Virus record (IMG/VR): IMGVR_UViG_3300032144_000017
Location: 1 to 48,210 of that record
Length of the DNA stretch: 48,210 bases
DNA from: a virus
Strand: one strand, 5' to 3'
Shown here: positions 16,149 through 26,600 of the stretch, piece after piece
How the letters are laid out: each line of letters starts with the position of its first letter
Position numbering within the stretch: position 1 is the stretch's first letter
Program-made: the position numbers and the translations under genes
Notes under the pieces: generated by a model
The model's input: the letters and a program-made list of their open reading frames with translations, nothing else
The model's database searches: none
Told to the model about the DNA's origin: nothing

Positions 16149-16859
16149 ATGTCCTACACATTCAAAGACGTTACCGACTCCCTCCTTGACCATATTAATC
16201 GTCCGACCAGTGAGATGCTGGCGACCTGTCAACGAGAGGTTAACGCAGTACTGCTGTGGATGCAGCGTAAGCACAAGTTCCAATTCACTGAGAGACTTGT
16301 AACCATTACGTACCCAGCCAATACACTTTTCATCGACCTAGTCACTGCTTGTGAAGGTCGTCCGAGAGATTTCGTTACCGCACAGGTACTTAGTTCTGAT
16401 ACGTCTGTGAGCGGTCGTGCGATTGCTATTCGTCGCTACTCGGAGATTATTGCCCGTAAAGATAAGTTACAGCGCGGACGGGTAGATATGCCCTGGGGTG
16501 TGGAAGATAATATGACTGATCCACTTATCAGTACTTATGATAAAGACCTCAAGGTCTACTCTGATTCCTCCCTGTTTTTAAGTGGCCAACGACTTGGTTA
16601 CTTCGCTCAACCGGCACAGGACCGGTTCATACTACTTAACCTGCACATTTGGCTTCCTAACCTTGTAGAACCCACCGACACCAACTTCTTGCTTGAAAAC
16701 TGTTTCGACTTTATCATCCTCAAGTCGTTGCGTCGGATGAACATACTCCTGAAAGAGGAAGCCCGTACAATGGTTACTGACTCCGAGTTACAAGAGGGCT
16801 GGGATTCCTGTTTGCAGTGGGATTCCCAGGTAATGTCTTCTCAACCGCCACAAATCTAA
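16149..16859 (+). CDS. virion structural protein (236 aa; possible head-tail adaptor)
   Basis: The track ORF starts at GTG 16104, but the first ATG (MSYTFKD) follows motif copy 5 with no gap. Position is between head and tail genes. Confidence 0.55.
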   Translation: MSYTFKDVTDSLLDHINRPTSEMLATCQREVNAVLLWMQRKHKFQFTERLVTITYPANTLFIDLVTACEGRPRDFVTAQVLSSDTSVSGRAIAIRRYSEIIARKDKLQRGRVDMPWGVEDNMTDPLISTYDKDLKVYSDSSLFLSGQRLGYFAQPAQDRFILLNLHIWLPNLVEPTDTNFLLENCFDFIILKSLRRMNILLKEEARTMVTDSELQEGWDSCLQWDSQVMSSQPPQI

Positions 16860-17152
16860 TGGCCTGCCACGCTCCAGTTCCTCTCTCCAGTAATTGTCTG
16901 GAGCCGGTTCCTGTAAATTATCCTATCCTAACGGTGCTGATTGACGGCAACGTCATTCCGTCTGCTTCCGAATACATTTTTCCACTCGGTGCCACGGTTG
17001 TAACCTTACGCAATGACGGAGAAGGTAATCTTATCATTGGTACCATTACAATCCAGTCTAACCCAGAGATTTTTATTGAACAACCCTCCGATACCGTCCT
17101 TGGGCCTGGAGAAGAAACTACTTTTATCGTAACCGTTGTTACAATTACTTAG
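16859..17152 (+). CDS. hypothetical virion protein (97 aa)
   Basis: TAATG overlap with the upstream stop. The track lists 16817..17152. Confidence 0.45.
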   Translation: MACHAPVPLSSNCLEPVPVNYPILTVLIDGNVIPSASEYIFPLGATVVTLRNDGEGNLIIGTITIQSNPEIFIEQPSDTVLGPGEETTFIVTVVTIT

Positions 17153-17154
17153 TT

Positions 17155-18498
17155 ATGTCTCTCATCACCATACCTTCCAACGCTCTTGGTGATCCTTTTA
17201 CCCTTGAAGCACTGTCCATACCTCCTCCGGTTGGACCGTTGCCTGACTATGGGTTTCATTCAGTTACGTATGCTGCCAGTGTGATGGCTTCTAACTGGAC
17301 CATTGCACGCTTCCGTTCTACACAAGAGTTTCGTATTGAGTTGGGTGATGATAACACCGGGGACCCAAGCTTAATTACAATCGTCCTTGACAACTACGAC
17401 GGTGACGGTTTTACAGACACCTTCCCAGCCACTGATTTACCAAAAACTTATCCGGCTGGCCAGTACTCATTTGAAGTCCAAACCGACTCGCCCACCTTCA
17501 TTCCTTACCAAATCTCAGTCGTACATGCCTTAAATCTTGATAGTATTTTTGGTCCTGACATGTACACTCATATCCCACACAGCAGTGGGCCTGCCAGCAC
17601 AGCGTTTCTTCGTTGCCTTACAAATACTATTGGCGACACTGTTACTGTGTTTCGTTACCATCTTGACAACAACTGTGATGCTATCTTCAGCGGTTTACAA
17701 CCTCCCATTGACAGTGGGAATGTTGAGCCCTTTACATACAAGACTATCATCACACAGAACGAAGTCCTCTTACAGTCTGTCGCTCTCGTCGGACAAAACG
17801 CCTACACTAACTTCGGGATAGAACCCAACGTAGCTACGCCGCCAGCAGAAAGACCGTTTTATCCCACTGACTTTAATGTCTACTCCGCACAGGATGCTAG
17901 CGACCTAACTATTCTTCGCGCAGTACCGAGTGTCGCCAGCGCAGTTAATTATACAATTCGTCTTACAAGTCTTGCCCTCATACCTTCTGGTATTCATATC
18001 GTAGTTCGGCGTATTCTAAGCGGTGTGGAAACGGTAATTGCCGACTTTATAACAGACGGCACGCAAGATACTTATAACTTTTCAGCTCTTCATGCAGTGG
18101 ATGAAGAAGCCGTAGTGACTGTTTACCCCAGCGCACACACGATTGCATTTGAGTTTCTTCTAACAAGTGCTGACGGCTTCAAGAGTGCTTTAATTAGTGG
18201 CTGCAATCGTGCTGGCTTCAACATGGGACCGCTTAGCCCAAACAACCTTGTTCGCTTCAGCGGTCCTACAGATGGTACCCGCCATGTACCCGAACTTCGA
18301 GTGGCTAATCCATTTGCCAGTGCTGGCAGGTTCAATGTACAATACACCACCCTCGCTAGTGATTACCACCCTCTCACTCCTGTTCCGGAAGTCTTTACTA
18401 ACTTCTTAGCCGACGGTGGAGAGATTCGTGTTGTCCTAGACCCACAAGCCGCCGCACGAGTTAGATACGAAATCGACTTTAATCAACCAACAGTTTAA
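17155..18498 (+). CDS. virion/tail structural protein (447 aa)
   Basis: Position in the tail block. No motif recognised. Confidence 0.45.
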   Translation: MSLITIPSNALGDPFTLEALSIPPPVGPLPDYGFHSVTYAASVMASNWTIARFRSTQEFRIELGDDNTGDPSLITIVLDNYDGDGFTDTFPATDLPKTYPAGQYSFEVQTDSPTFIPYQISVVHALNLDSIFGPDMYTHIPHSSGPASTAFLRCLTNTIGDTVTVFRYHLDNNCDAIFSGLQPPIDSGNVEPFTYKTIITQNEVLLQSVALVGQNAYTNFGIEPNVATPPAERPFYPTDFNVYSAQDASDLTILRAVPSVASAVNYTIRLTSLALIPSGIHIVVRRILSGVETVIADFITDGTQDTYNFSALHAVDEEAVVTVYPSAHTIAFEFLLTSADGFKSALISGCNRAGFNMGPLSPNNLVRFSGPTDGTRHVPELRVANPFASAGRFNVQYTTLASDYHPLTPVPEVFTNFLADGGEIRVVLDPQAAARVRYEIDFNQPTV

Positions 18499-18502
18499 TT
18501 TT

Positions 18503-19189
18503 ATGGGCTACAATTACACAAACGGAGACGGTCCGGCCGTCCTAATTCCAACCGAGCCAGCTAACAGTGACTCGATTAAAGCTACGTGCGCGCAATCTAT
18601 TCGACAGATCAAGGCGTTCATTAACGATCCTGTCGCCGGCTTTGTTAAGCTTGCAGCTGACCTGGCTTCGCTCGCAGTTACTGTGAGCGGCCTCTCTAGT
18701 ACGGTTGCGTTGCACACGACGCAGATTGCTGCTCTCTCCGGTGCGACGGCTTCAGCTGGTCAGAATATCTTCAAAGCTAAACCTGCTGTTGATCAAGACG
18801 TTGTTTTTGCAGCACCTGGCTCACAAACAGTGGATGTTGCGCTTGGCACTGAGGTCTTTGACCCAGACAATAACTTCGCCGGTAGCATCTTTACTGCACC
18901 GGCGAATGGCTTTTACTCATTCATGGCTTCGCTTGTAATCTCACCCATTGCAGGTGCTCCAACAGACATTGGTTCTATTGGCATCATCGAATGTTCAAGC
19001 GGTGATTCTCAACTGTTGAATGAACACGATGACGATGGTACCACACAGCGTATTATTGTTGGTACTGCTGTGTTTCAGATGACAGCCGGTCAAACTGTAA
19101 AGCTTCGTGCTACACTTGATGCTGATGCGGCTTGTACGTTGCGCGTTGGTATTACGTTTACGCACCTTGCTGGTTATCGGATTCGCTAA
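18503..19189 (+). CDS. tail fibre-like protein with a C1q/TNF-like C-terminal domain
   Basis: The C-terminal about 130 aa shows the C1q-type pattern (..VFDPDNNFAGSIFTAPANGFYSFMASL....GQTVKLRA..). Confidence 0.5.
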   Translation: MGYNYTNGDGPAVLIPTEPANSDSIKATCAQSIRQIKAFINDPVAGFVKLAADLASLAVTVSGLSSTVALHTTQIAALSGATASAGQNIFKAKPAVDQDVVFAAPGSQTVDVALGTEVFDPDNNFAGSIFTAPANGFYSFMASLVISPIAGAPTDIGSIGIIECSSGDSQLLNEHDDDGTTQRIIVGTAVFQMTAGQTVKLRATLDADAACTLRVGITFTHLAGYRIR

Positions 19190-19191
19190 CA

Positions 19192-20811
19192 ATGTCCTTC
19201 TCCGAAGTCCTCTTTAAGCTGAACGTAGGTGTAGACACCTACAATCCAGATCATGCTGATGGTCTGGACCTTAAATTCCTACGACTTAAGAACATTCAGC
19301 CTGAACGTAATCGTTTCCAGACACCAAGAGGCCTCATGCTGTTGCAGCAGATCTTCGCAGAACTGGATGCCATCCGCTCGTTTGCCTTCTACAACATCCC
19401 AACTTCGCAAATCACCAACCTGTATGCTATCTCGAATACGCGGGTTTATGAGTTTGACTTTGCGGCACAGTTGTTTAATATTGTTGCTATCTATAGCTCT
19501 TTTAACAATACGCCCGACCCTTACGCAAAAACTTCTTGGCTTGACGCTACTTACGTTACTAAGCGCTTTGCTCCCCTTGTTAAGCTTCAAGGTAGCACTG
19601 CTACGGAAATTGCTGGTGCACCGGGCGGACGATACATGATTATTGCGGACAGTCACTTGATGATTGCCAACACGACGTCTGGCGGTCTCGAGTTTCCTGT
19701 ACGCGTTCAGTGGTCGGACCTCTATGCACCTGAAAGCTGGGCAGTCGGACCGGCTAGCGAAGCAGACTTCTTTGAACTCTCCCCAGACGACGGTGAAGTC
19801 ACCGGACTCTCGTATCAACGCGGTGCAACGCTTATCTATACGCGTGATCGCGTGTGGGTTGGCCGTTATGTCAAAGGAAACGAGACAACGCTCGGCAAGT
19901 ACCAGTTCGATACTCTGTTTTCTGGCATTGGCAACATCTACCATGACGCTCAAATCCGTGTAAAGGAAGTCGATTACTTCATTGGACTCGATAACTTCTA
20001 CAAAATTGACGGTTTTCAGCTAACGGAAATCGGTGATCCAATTTGGCAGTACTTTCAGGACACAATCGTCAATGCCAACTTCCAAGACAGCGTGATTGCC
20101 ATTCACGTCCCGGATCGTTACAGTGTAGCCTGGGTCTACGACCATGTTGATGGTGGTCGGTGGTCAGTTGTGTACAATTACAAGGAAAACAAGTGGTCCG
20201 ACAGGGATCCCGAAGACGTTTTCTGCGTTAACAACTTTACTTTTCCCGTTCAAGGCTACTTGGCCTACGAAGATGTAGACGTGGCGTACGAAGACATGGA
20301 CACGGAGTATCCTCCTGCACCGGCTACATACGACGGTCCCTGGCAGCTGCTTGGTGCTGGTGTGCGTAACCTGTTTGGCTCCTATGAGGGACGCATCCTT
20401 GTTCCTAGTTCGCCAGCCGCATATGTTAAATTCAACGATGCACCATTCGATTGTGAGTTTGAGACCTTCGAGTTCGACTTCGACGAGCTTGATGAGGTTA
20501 AAGAGATCTCACGACTCAAAGTTACCTACAGTCTACGGAATGCACTCCTTGACCCTCTTGATAATAACCTTGAACTTCTTATTGGTTCACGTAACAAGCG
20601 TGACGATGACGTTGTCTGGAGTCCACCGATCTTGATGATAGAACAGCTCGCAGACGAGTCAGTGTTTCACTTTCGTCGGGACGGAATTGGTAAACTCGTG
20701 CGCTTCAAGTTGCGGTGGAGCAACACTCTCGACTTTGCAATCACCGAGTTTACGAAGATGAGCATTTACAAACTGGAGCAAGAAGATGCCACTGAATCTC
20801 CAGAGAAATAG
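19192..20811 (+). CDS. tail structural protein (539 aa)
   Basis: The ATG at 19192 lies 2 nt after the upstream stop. The track ORF begins at 19132 in overlap. Size and position fit a tail tube or nozzle protein. Confidence 0.45.
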   Translation: MSFSEVLFKLNVGVDTYNPDHADGLDLKFLRLKNIQPERNRFQTPRGLMLLQQIFAELDAIRSFAFYNIPTSQITNLYAISNTRVYEFDFAAQLFNIVAIYSSFNNTPDPYAKTSWLDATYVTKRFAPLVKLQGSTATEIAGAPGGRYMIIADSHLMIANTTSGGLEFPVRVQWSDLYAPESWAVGPASEADFFELSPDDGEVTGLSYQRGATLIYTRDRVWVGRYVKGNETTLGKYQFDTLFSGIGNIYHDAQIRVKEVDYFIGLDNFYKIDGFQLTEIGDPIWQYFQDTIVNANFQDSVIAIHVPDRYSVAWVYDHVDGGRWSVVYNYKENKWSDRDPEDVFCVNNFTFPVQGYLAYEDVDVAYEDMDTEYPPAPATYDGPWQLLGAGVRNLFGSYEGRILVPSSPAAYVKFNDAPFDCEFETFEFDFDELDEVKEISRLKVTYSLRNALLDPLDNNLELLIGSRNKRDDDVVWSPPILMIEQLADESVFHFRRDGIGKLVRFKLRWSNTLDFAITEFTKMSIYKLEQEDATESPEK

Positions 20812-21106
20812 TTTTCCTTTTCCCTTTACCAACCGGCTTCCAACCGTAAACGGTAAGGTTTCAGAGGACATGCAATACATGCGTTCTGAAATGGAACGTA
20901 TGTATGAAGCCATCCAAAAGGACATGGATCTTCTCTTCGAACAGCTGGCTACTCAAGTCGCACGTACAACCTTCACAGTCAATGACGTTGCACCACTCAA
21001 CTCTGCTTCCCCTGGCGTACATCCCTCGATTTTCGTTGACGGAACAGGTGTTTACTTTACCATTGCTAACAACACTTGGCGTAAAGCTACTGGAGTGGTA
21101 TTCTAA
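20786..21106 (+). CDS. hypothetical protein (106 aa; start uncertain)
   Basis: ORF track. Overlaps the upstream gene by 26 nt. An alternative ATG lies at 20870. Confidence 0.4.
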   Translation: MPLNLQRNSFPFPFTNRLPTVNGKVSEDMQYMRSEMERMYEAIQKDMDLLFEQLATQVARTTFTVNDVAPLNSASPGVHPSIFVDGTGVYFTIANNTWRKATGVVF

Positions 21107-21534
21107 TGGGACTTGTTGAAATCAAAACGTTTGAGGAGCTGATGCGGTTTATGCCTCTCATCATTCGCACGTACAAGGACCTTGACGGTCTGTGGGAAGG
21201 TGGCACCGACTTGGCAGACTTCCTCCAATTGTTGACGGACAATTTCAATACTCCCGGCTCACATTACTATGGAATCAAAGTAGACGACAAGCTCTTTTAC
21301 TTTGTTGTCATTCTTCCCTGTGAACTACACATTGCCACGTTCTGGCTCTTTTACGTTAACAAAGATAAGCGCGCATACACGAAATCACTCCTCGACACGA
21401 TTCGTGCTGAATGTAAACGTAACGGCTACAAACATTTGAACTTTACAACTGTACGGATGACACGATCTTTTGACCGCTGGGTCACTAAACTAGGTGCAGT
21501 AAAACACTCATTAACTTACAAACTCCCTCTCTAA
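21106..21534 (+). CDS. possible GNAT-like acetyltransferase (142 aa)
   Basis: Size and alternating beta/alpha pattern only. Weak call. Confidence 0.3.
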   Translation: MGLVEIKTFEELMRFMPLIIRTYKDLDGLWEGGTDLADFLQLLTDNFNTPGSHYYGIKVDDKLFYFVVILPCELHIATFWLFYVNKDKRAYTKSLLDTIRAECKRNGYKHLNFTTVRMTRSFDRWVTKLGAVKHSLTYKLPL

Positions 21535-21535
21535 C

Positions 21536-22192
21536 ATGGGCTCTATAGGTGGATCTGGCTCCAAAACAAGCCAAAAAGGTGTCCAAGACACCACACAATC
21601 ACAGAATCAGCAGGAACAATCTTCCGGCTCCGGTTCTTACTCCAATCGGCCTGTGTTTGATCCGCAAGCACAGGGTACTATTGATTCGTTAAGTGGCGCA
21701 TTTGGCAACATTGGGCAAGACGTAGGTGCGTCATCTGACTTCTTGCGTAATATGTTGCAGCCAGCAGGTGGGATGAATCCCTATGCGCAACAAGTGGTTG
21801 ATACACAAAACAAAGTCTCCGCTGCTGACTTTGATAAGCGCCTCGCAGGTGTGAGAAGCGGTGGTTACGGTGGTGGCATTGGTCGAGACTTAATCGACCA
21901 GGGTATGTTCACGAGTGACTTTACCAATAACCAAGCTGCGTGGAATGCGAAGACCTTGTTGGACGCCTTCAACCAAGACCGTGGTATGCAGCTCAACGCT
22001 GCCGGGCAGCTTAGTGGTAACGACGCTGGACGGTTGCAGGGTGCACTCGAATACATCAATTCCCTCAAGGGTCAGGCTGGTGAGCAGGCACAGCAAGCCG
22101 CTGGCACCACGACCTCACAGGGTAAATCCAACACGAAGTCCTCTGGTACTTCCAGCACGGTCGAGGGCCACGCGGGTCTTAAGTTCGGCTAA
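21536..22192 (+). CDS. Gly/Gln/Ser-rich internal virion protein (putative)
   Basis: Low-complexity composition, located just before the giant virion protein gene. Confidence 0.45.
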   Translation: MGSIGGSGSKTSQKGVQDTTQSQNQQEQSSGSGSYSNRPVFDPQAQGTIDSLSGAFGNIGQDVGASSDFLRNMLQPAGGMNPYAQQVVDTQNKVSAADFDKRLAGVRSGGYGGGIGRDLIDQGMFTSDFTNNQAAWNAKTLLDAFNQDRGMQLNAAGQLSGNDAGRLQGALEYINSLKGQAGEQAQQAAGTTTSQGKSNTKSSGTSSTVEGHAGLKFG

Positions 22193-22195
22193 TAA

Positions 22196-22219
22196 ACTTC
22201 ATCGAAATTCAATAAAGTC
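22196..22219 (+). promoter_or_regulatory. 24-bp palindromic motif, copy 6
   Basis: TAA TAA ACTTCATCGAAATTCAATAAAGTC ATG. It fills the whole gap between the stop and the next start. Confidence 0.9.
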
Positions 22220-23596
22220 ATGGCAACATCAAATGACAAATATCTTCAAGGTTTGGCTTCTAAGTCAAACCCTACGACTCGCGATCGTTTTAAAGCGTCT
22301 GAGCGTCGTGTGCAACCCCAGGTACACGGCTTTCTCGGTGCACTTACGGATCTTCCTGGTATGCGACTGCGTAAACTTGCCGACATTCCAGCAGTTACAG
22401 ATCCGAAAACTGGCGAAGTCGTTCGTCCGGGTGAGGGCGGCGAACTGGTATATGATTTCTACAATCCGTTCAAGGAAGACCCGCGTCCGGATGAGTACTC
22501 TTCGTATGAAGAGGAACTTAACTTCAAAGAAGGTCAAGGACAGGGCGGCCTCGTTAACGCGGCTACACTCTTACCCGCGCTCGTCCGCACAGGTGGTCGA
22601 AAGCTGTTAGGTGCACTAGCTAATCGTAAAGTTGGTCAGGCTGAAGCCCAAGTAGGAAAGGAAGCTGCACGTACTGCGGAAGCCGCTGACTGGATGAGTC
22701 CTCACGTCCGTCCTACCCCTCAACCTGGTCCTGCTATGCTGGGCGACGAGGCAATGGATATCTTGAACTCAGCGGCGGGACGTAAAGAAGTTGCAGAAGC
22801 CGGTGTGGGAGCAGCTAAGCGCGGTGTACAGGAAGCTAAGCAGTTTGGCTCGAGCGCTGACGATGCGATTAATGCTTTGACCAAGTCGCAAACCGTTATG
22901 CGGCCTATTCTTGGTGCTGCTTCGGCTACAGCCAACAGAGCTGCTTCTGAGTTAGAGCAACCGCCAGCTCGTACGCCAACAGGAACAGACGTTATTCCTG
23001 AAATGGGTGACCTGCAAGACGTTCAGGTTATGCCTGATCAAGGTCAGCCGCAATCGCAACCACAGAGTGCAGTTGACCGTTACCGTCAATCAATGGCTGG
23101 TAATCGGCAGCTCCAGCCGTATAAGCCCGGCTTCATTGAACGTATTGCGAGCTTCGTTAATCCATCCGGCTCTGGTGTAGCCAGTGATCAGCGTCGCGAG
23201 GCGTTTATGCGTAACCAGATGATTGAACAGGGTTATATGGATCCCGAGACCCAGTTCAAGGTTGGTCAACTTAGCGAAGATCTTAAGTCGGAGCGTGGTC
23301 TTCGTGATACGGAAGCGGAGAACAACCTACCCTCCAATGTGCGCAAGGAACAACAAGGGTTCACAGAACGCTACGCACCGGCGATGGAAACCTCACAGGT
23401 TGAACAACAGTTCGGTCTTCCTCCTGGTTCACTCAATCCAGAAGTCATGGAGCGCATGGGTCGTGGTGCTCCTAGTATCCAAGACATTATGATGCTGCAA
23501 CTCATGCAAAGCATGAACCTTGGTGCAACTGGTGGCAACAACACTGGTGGTACCCCCGGTCGTCAAACTCCTCAACTTCGCGTTCCGCAACAATAA
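22220..23596 (+). CDS. internal virion/ejection protein (putative, 458 aa)
   Basis: Low-complexity, Ala/Gln/Pro-rich. Adjacent to the giant gene. Confidence 0.45.
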   Translation: MATSNDKYLQGLASKSNPTTRDRFKASERRVQPQVHGFLGALTDLPGMRLRKLADIPAVTDPKTGEVVRPGEGGELVYDFYNPFKEDPRPDEYSSYEEELNFKEGQGQGGLVNAATLLPALVRTGGRKLLGALANRKVGQAEAQVGKEAARTAEAADWMSPHVRPTPQPGPAMLGDEAMDILNSAAGRKEVAEAGVGAAKRGVQEAKQFGSSADDAINALTKSQTVMRPILGAASATANRAASELEQPPARTPTGTDVIPEMGDLQDVQVMPDQGQPQSQPQSAVDRYRQSMAGNRQLQPYKPGFIERIASFVNPSGSGVASDQRREAFMRNQMIEQGYMDPETQFKVGQLSEDLKSERGLRDTEAENNLPSNVRKEQQGFTERYAPAMETSQVEQQFGLPPGSLNPEVMERMGRGAPSIQDIMMLQLMQSMNLGATGGNNTGGTPGRQTPQLRVPQQ

Positions 23597-23602
23597 TTAG
23601 TC

Positions 23603-26600
23603 ATGCCTCTCACATCCGACCTTTTTAGGGTTAAACAGTACAGGTCTATCAATCCTGAACTGGCTGATATCTCCGACAGGGATTTAGCCGACATTGTTTA
23701 TCAACAAACCGGTGAACTTGGGTCACTTCGTGACTCGAGCGCGCTTGGCCGTACGGTTGCGAGAGGCTCTAACTTTCTAACGAGCACAGGTGAAAGCTTG
23801 GAGCGTGGTATTACGAACACGCTTGGTGACTCATATCCGGCTCGTCTTGGTGCTCGTACTGCAAACATTGCACTGCAAAGCACCCCGGAGTACTTGATGA
23901 ACCTGGCTGCTGCTCGCGTACTGCCTCAGTCAAAGCTTGGTGCTGTTGGTATTGGTGCACTTAACGCGTTCACAGGTTATGGTCGGACAGCAGTAGAAAC
24001 TGGTGACCAATCTGCTGCACTTGGAGCAGGTGCTGGTACTGTGGCTAGCATGATTGGTGCACTCACGGGTGCTAAACTTGGTAACAAGTTTGGTGGTAAG
24101 ATTGGTGGTGCTGCTGGCGGTTTCATTGGTAGTATGCCCGGTGATGCACTGGAGATTGCTACGCAACCGGGTGGTTGGGAGGAGTTTCTTAAGGATCCTC
24201 TCAACCTGCCTGCTACCCTCCTTTCACAAGCACCGTACGCGGCTGTGGATCATTTTGTCGCCAAAGGTGAAGCTGCTAAGGAGAATCGTGAGAAGACGAT
24301 TGCTGCAACACCGGCGCTTGACGAGATCAGTGGGCAGAGCATTCAACAGGAACTGATTGGTTTGAAGAAAACACCTGTGTCACAACTGAGCGAACAGAAG
24401 GCTGCACGTATGAGTGAGCTTGAGGCGTTGTTGAAGAAGACCGACGCACAGGTTATGACGAAGGACGGTAAGCAGATACAGAAGGTAGCAGGAGCGGTTG
24501 AACACCCGCTTACGGCTTCACCGTTTTCATACATGTCCCAGATTGCCAACGTCTCGTGGGGCAAGCGACCTGCTATGTTTGTGCCTAAGGGCTCACTACC
24601 GGAGCTCGAGACTGTGCCGTTTGCTATGCAGGGTTTCAAGACGTACGAGACACCGGATGGTGACTGGCTGTACAATCCTGCCTTCACGTCTGAGCAAGCC
24701 ATCAAAGACTCAGTGGCTAAAGGCGACACCAACGGTATTCTTGGTCTTGGGCCTACTGGCAAGAACGACCAAAGCATGGGTGTCGTGGGTGTGTTGCGTA
24801 ATCGTCAAGGATTGGAAAAGCTTGGTGTGGAGCTCGAGTACCAGACGAAGCAGTCCATGCTTAAACGGTTGCAGGGCATGGCACTTAAGGGTGACACTGT
24901 TACTGTTGAGCCGCTTGCTGACTTCCTCAAGAAGCGTGAGAAGCAAAAAGGTACGGTTGCGCTTTACTCTCTTGAACAGCAGGGCACTCCCGAACAGAAA
25001 GAGGTCACACGCAAGTTCTGGCAAAACTCCTTACTGAAGAAGTTCCAGAGTGCGCTGTTGCCAACTGAACGGAAGGGTGCACGCTTTGAACTGGACGCTA
25101 ACGGCGAACTGGGTAACGCCGGTGTCGTTAAGGCTATGCGCCAGTGGGTGCCGCCTGCGATGATGGAACATTATGAGGCCTCTGGACTACAAAATTTCTT
25201 AGACTTTAATCGGACTGAATCCGACATTAAAGCTTACAATGCTGTACAGGAACAAATTCAACTTCGCAAGAAGGAGTTTGGTACACCTGAATTTAACAAG
25301 ATTTGGGCTGAAAACGAACGCATCAAGAACAAGTACAAGGGCTACGTTCCCACCACTTCATCGAAATCCGATAAAGTCTCGTTTGCTGCTCTCTCGGACT
25401 GGCTTGAACAAAACACTCCGCAGATTGAGATTAAACAGCTTAATCCGAACGCGTTTAAAGACGCGAATAGTCAAAGGCTTGCTCAGTTACAGCATACACT
25501 TGAGACGGCTGGCTACCGTGTTGAACAGGACATGGAAGGAAACCCAGAGATTAGTTATTCTGGTGAGCCAGTTACGGAACCAGCTGATTTTGATCGTTTG
25601 AATATCCCGCAAGCAGACCGGGATTTGATCAATAGTTTTTGGCGCTCACAAATCGTTGGTTTTGAGATTGGAACTGATGCAGCGACTGGCAAGTATGGCG
25701 TTGAACCTATCAACGTTAATGAGATGGACAGTCCGGTGGATATCCTTGTTCGTGTTCCTACACGTCAACTTACTTACGACGAGATTCACCAAGGCGCTGA
25801 CTACGGTCCGGAAACGAATAAACAACTAAGAGCCGACTATGAACGAGAGGCTGCTGCCAATAACATCAAGCGTACTCCTGACTTGTTTTCAGGTCCGCAC
25901 TTTGGTGACTCTGACCTAAACGTTCTTGCCAGTGTTCGTGGTTACTTTAAGAACCTGCCCACAGGAGAGCGTGCGTTCTTTCCGTTCGAAGTACAGAGTG
26001 ACTGGGCACAAGGTTTTCAGGGTCAGCAAAAACGACTGGATGAAATGAAGGCTCGTTTTACGCTTCGTCAGAACGAGGATAAAACTTATAGTATTTTTGA
26101 TAAGGAATACAATTACGATGGTCGTAAGTTTGCTGATAAAGCTGAAGCACAGGCGCGCTATGAGACTATCCTTGGTGCAGAGTCTGGTTATGGTCGTCGT
26201 AACATTGAGACCATAAAGAACCACGCATTGCTTTCTTCGTATGAAACGCTTGCTGTAAAGGCTGCAATTCAACACGCACTTGCGAATGGTGCCACCAAAA
26301 TCGTGTTCCCTGATTCAAAGACTGCAATGATGATCGAGGGTCATGATAAGCGTCCCCGCAGTATTGCGAATAGCTTTGAGAACTTGCTTGACCGTAAACC
26401 AAGTGTCGGTGACTGGGTTATGCAGGGTGGTCCTTACAGTGGTGGGCAAATCGTAAGCACACAAGCTGCTGCACAGGATATTGCAAGAAGCTACGAACGT
26501 TACAACGGTGCTGCTGCGCAGACCTCCATACGTCAGCTCACAGCTGCTGACTTTATTACGGAAGACCCTCGTCAAACAAAGGGTATGCGGCAGCACTACG

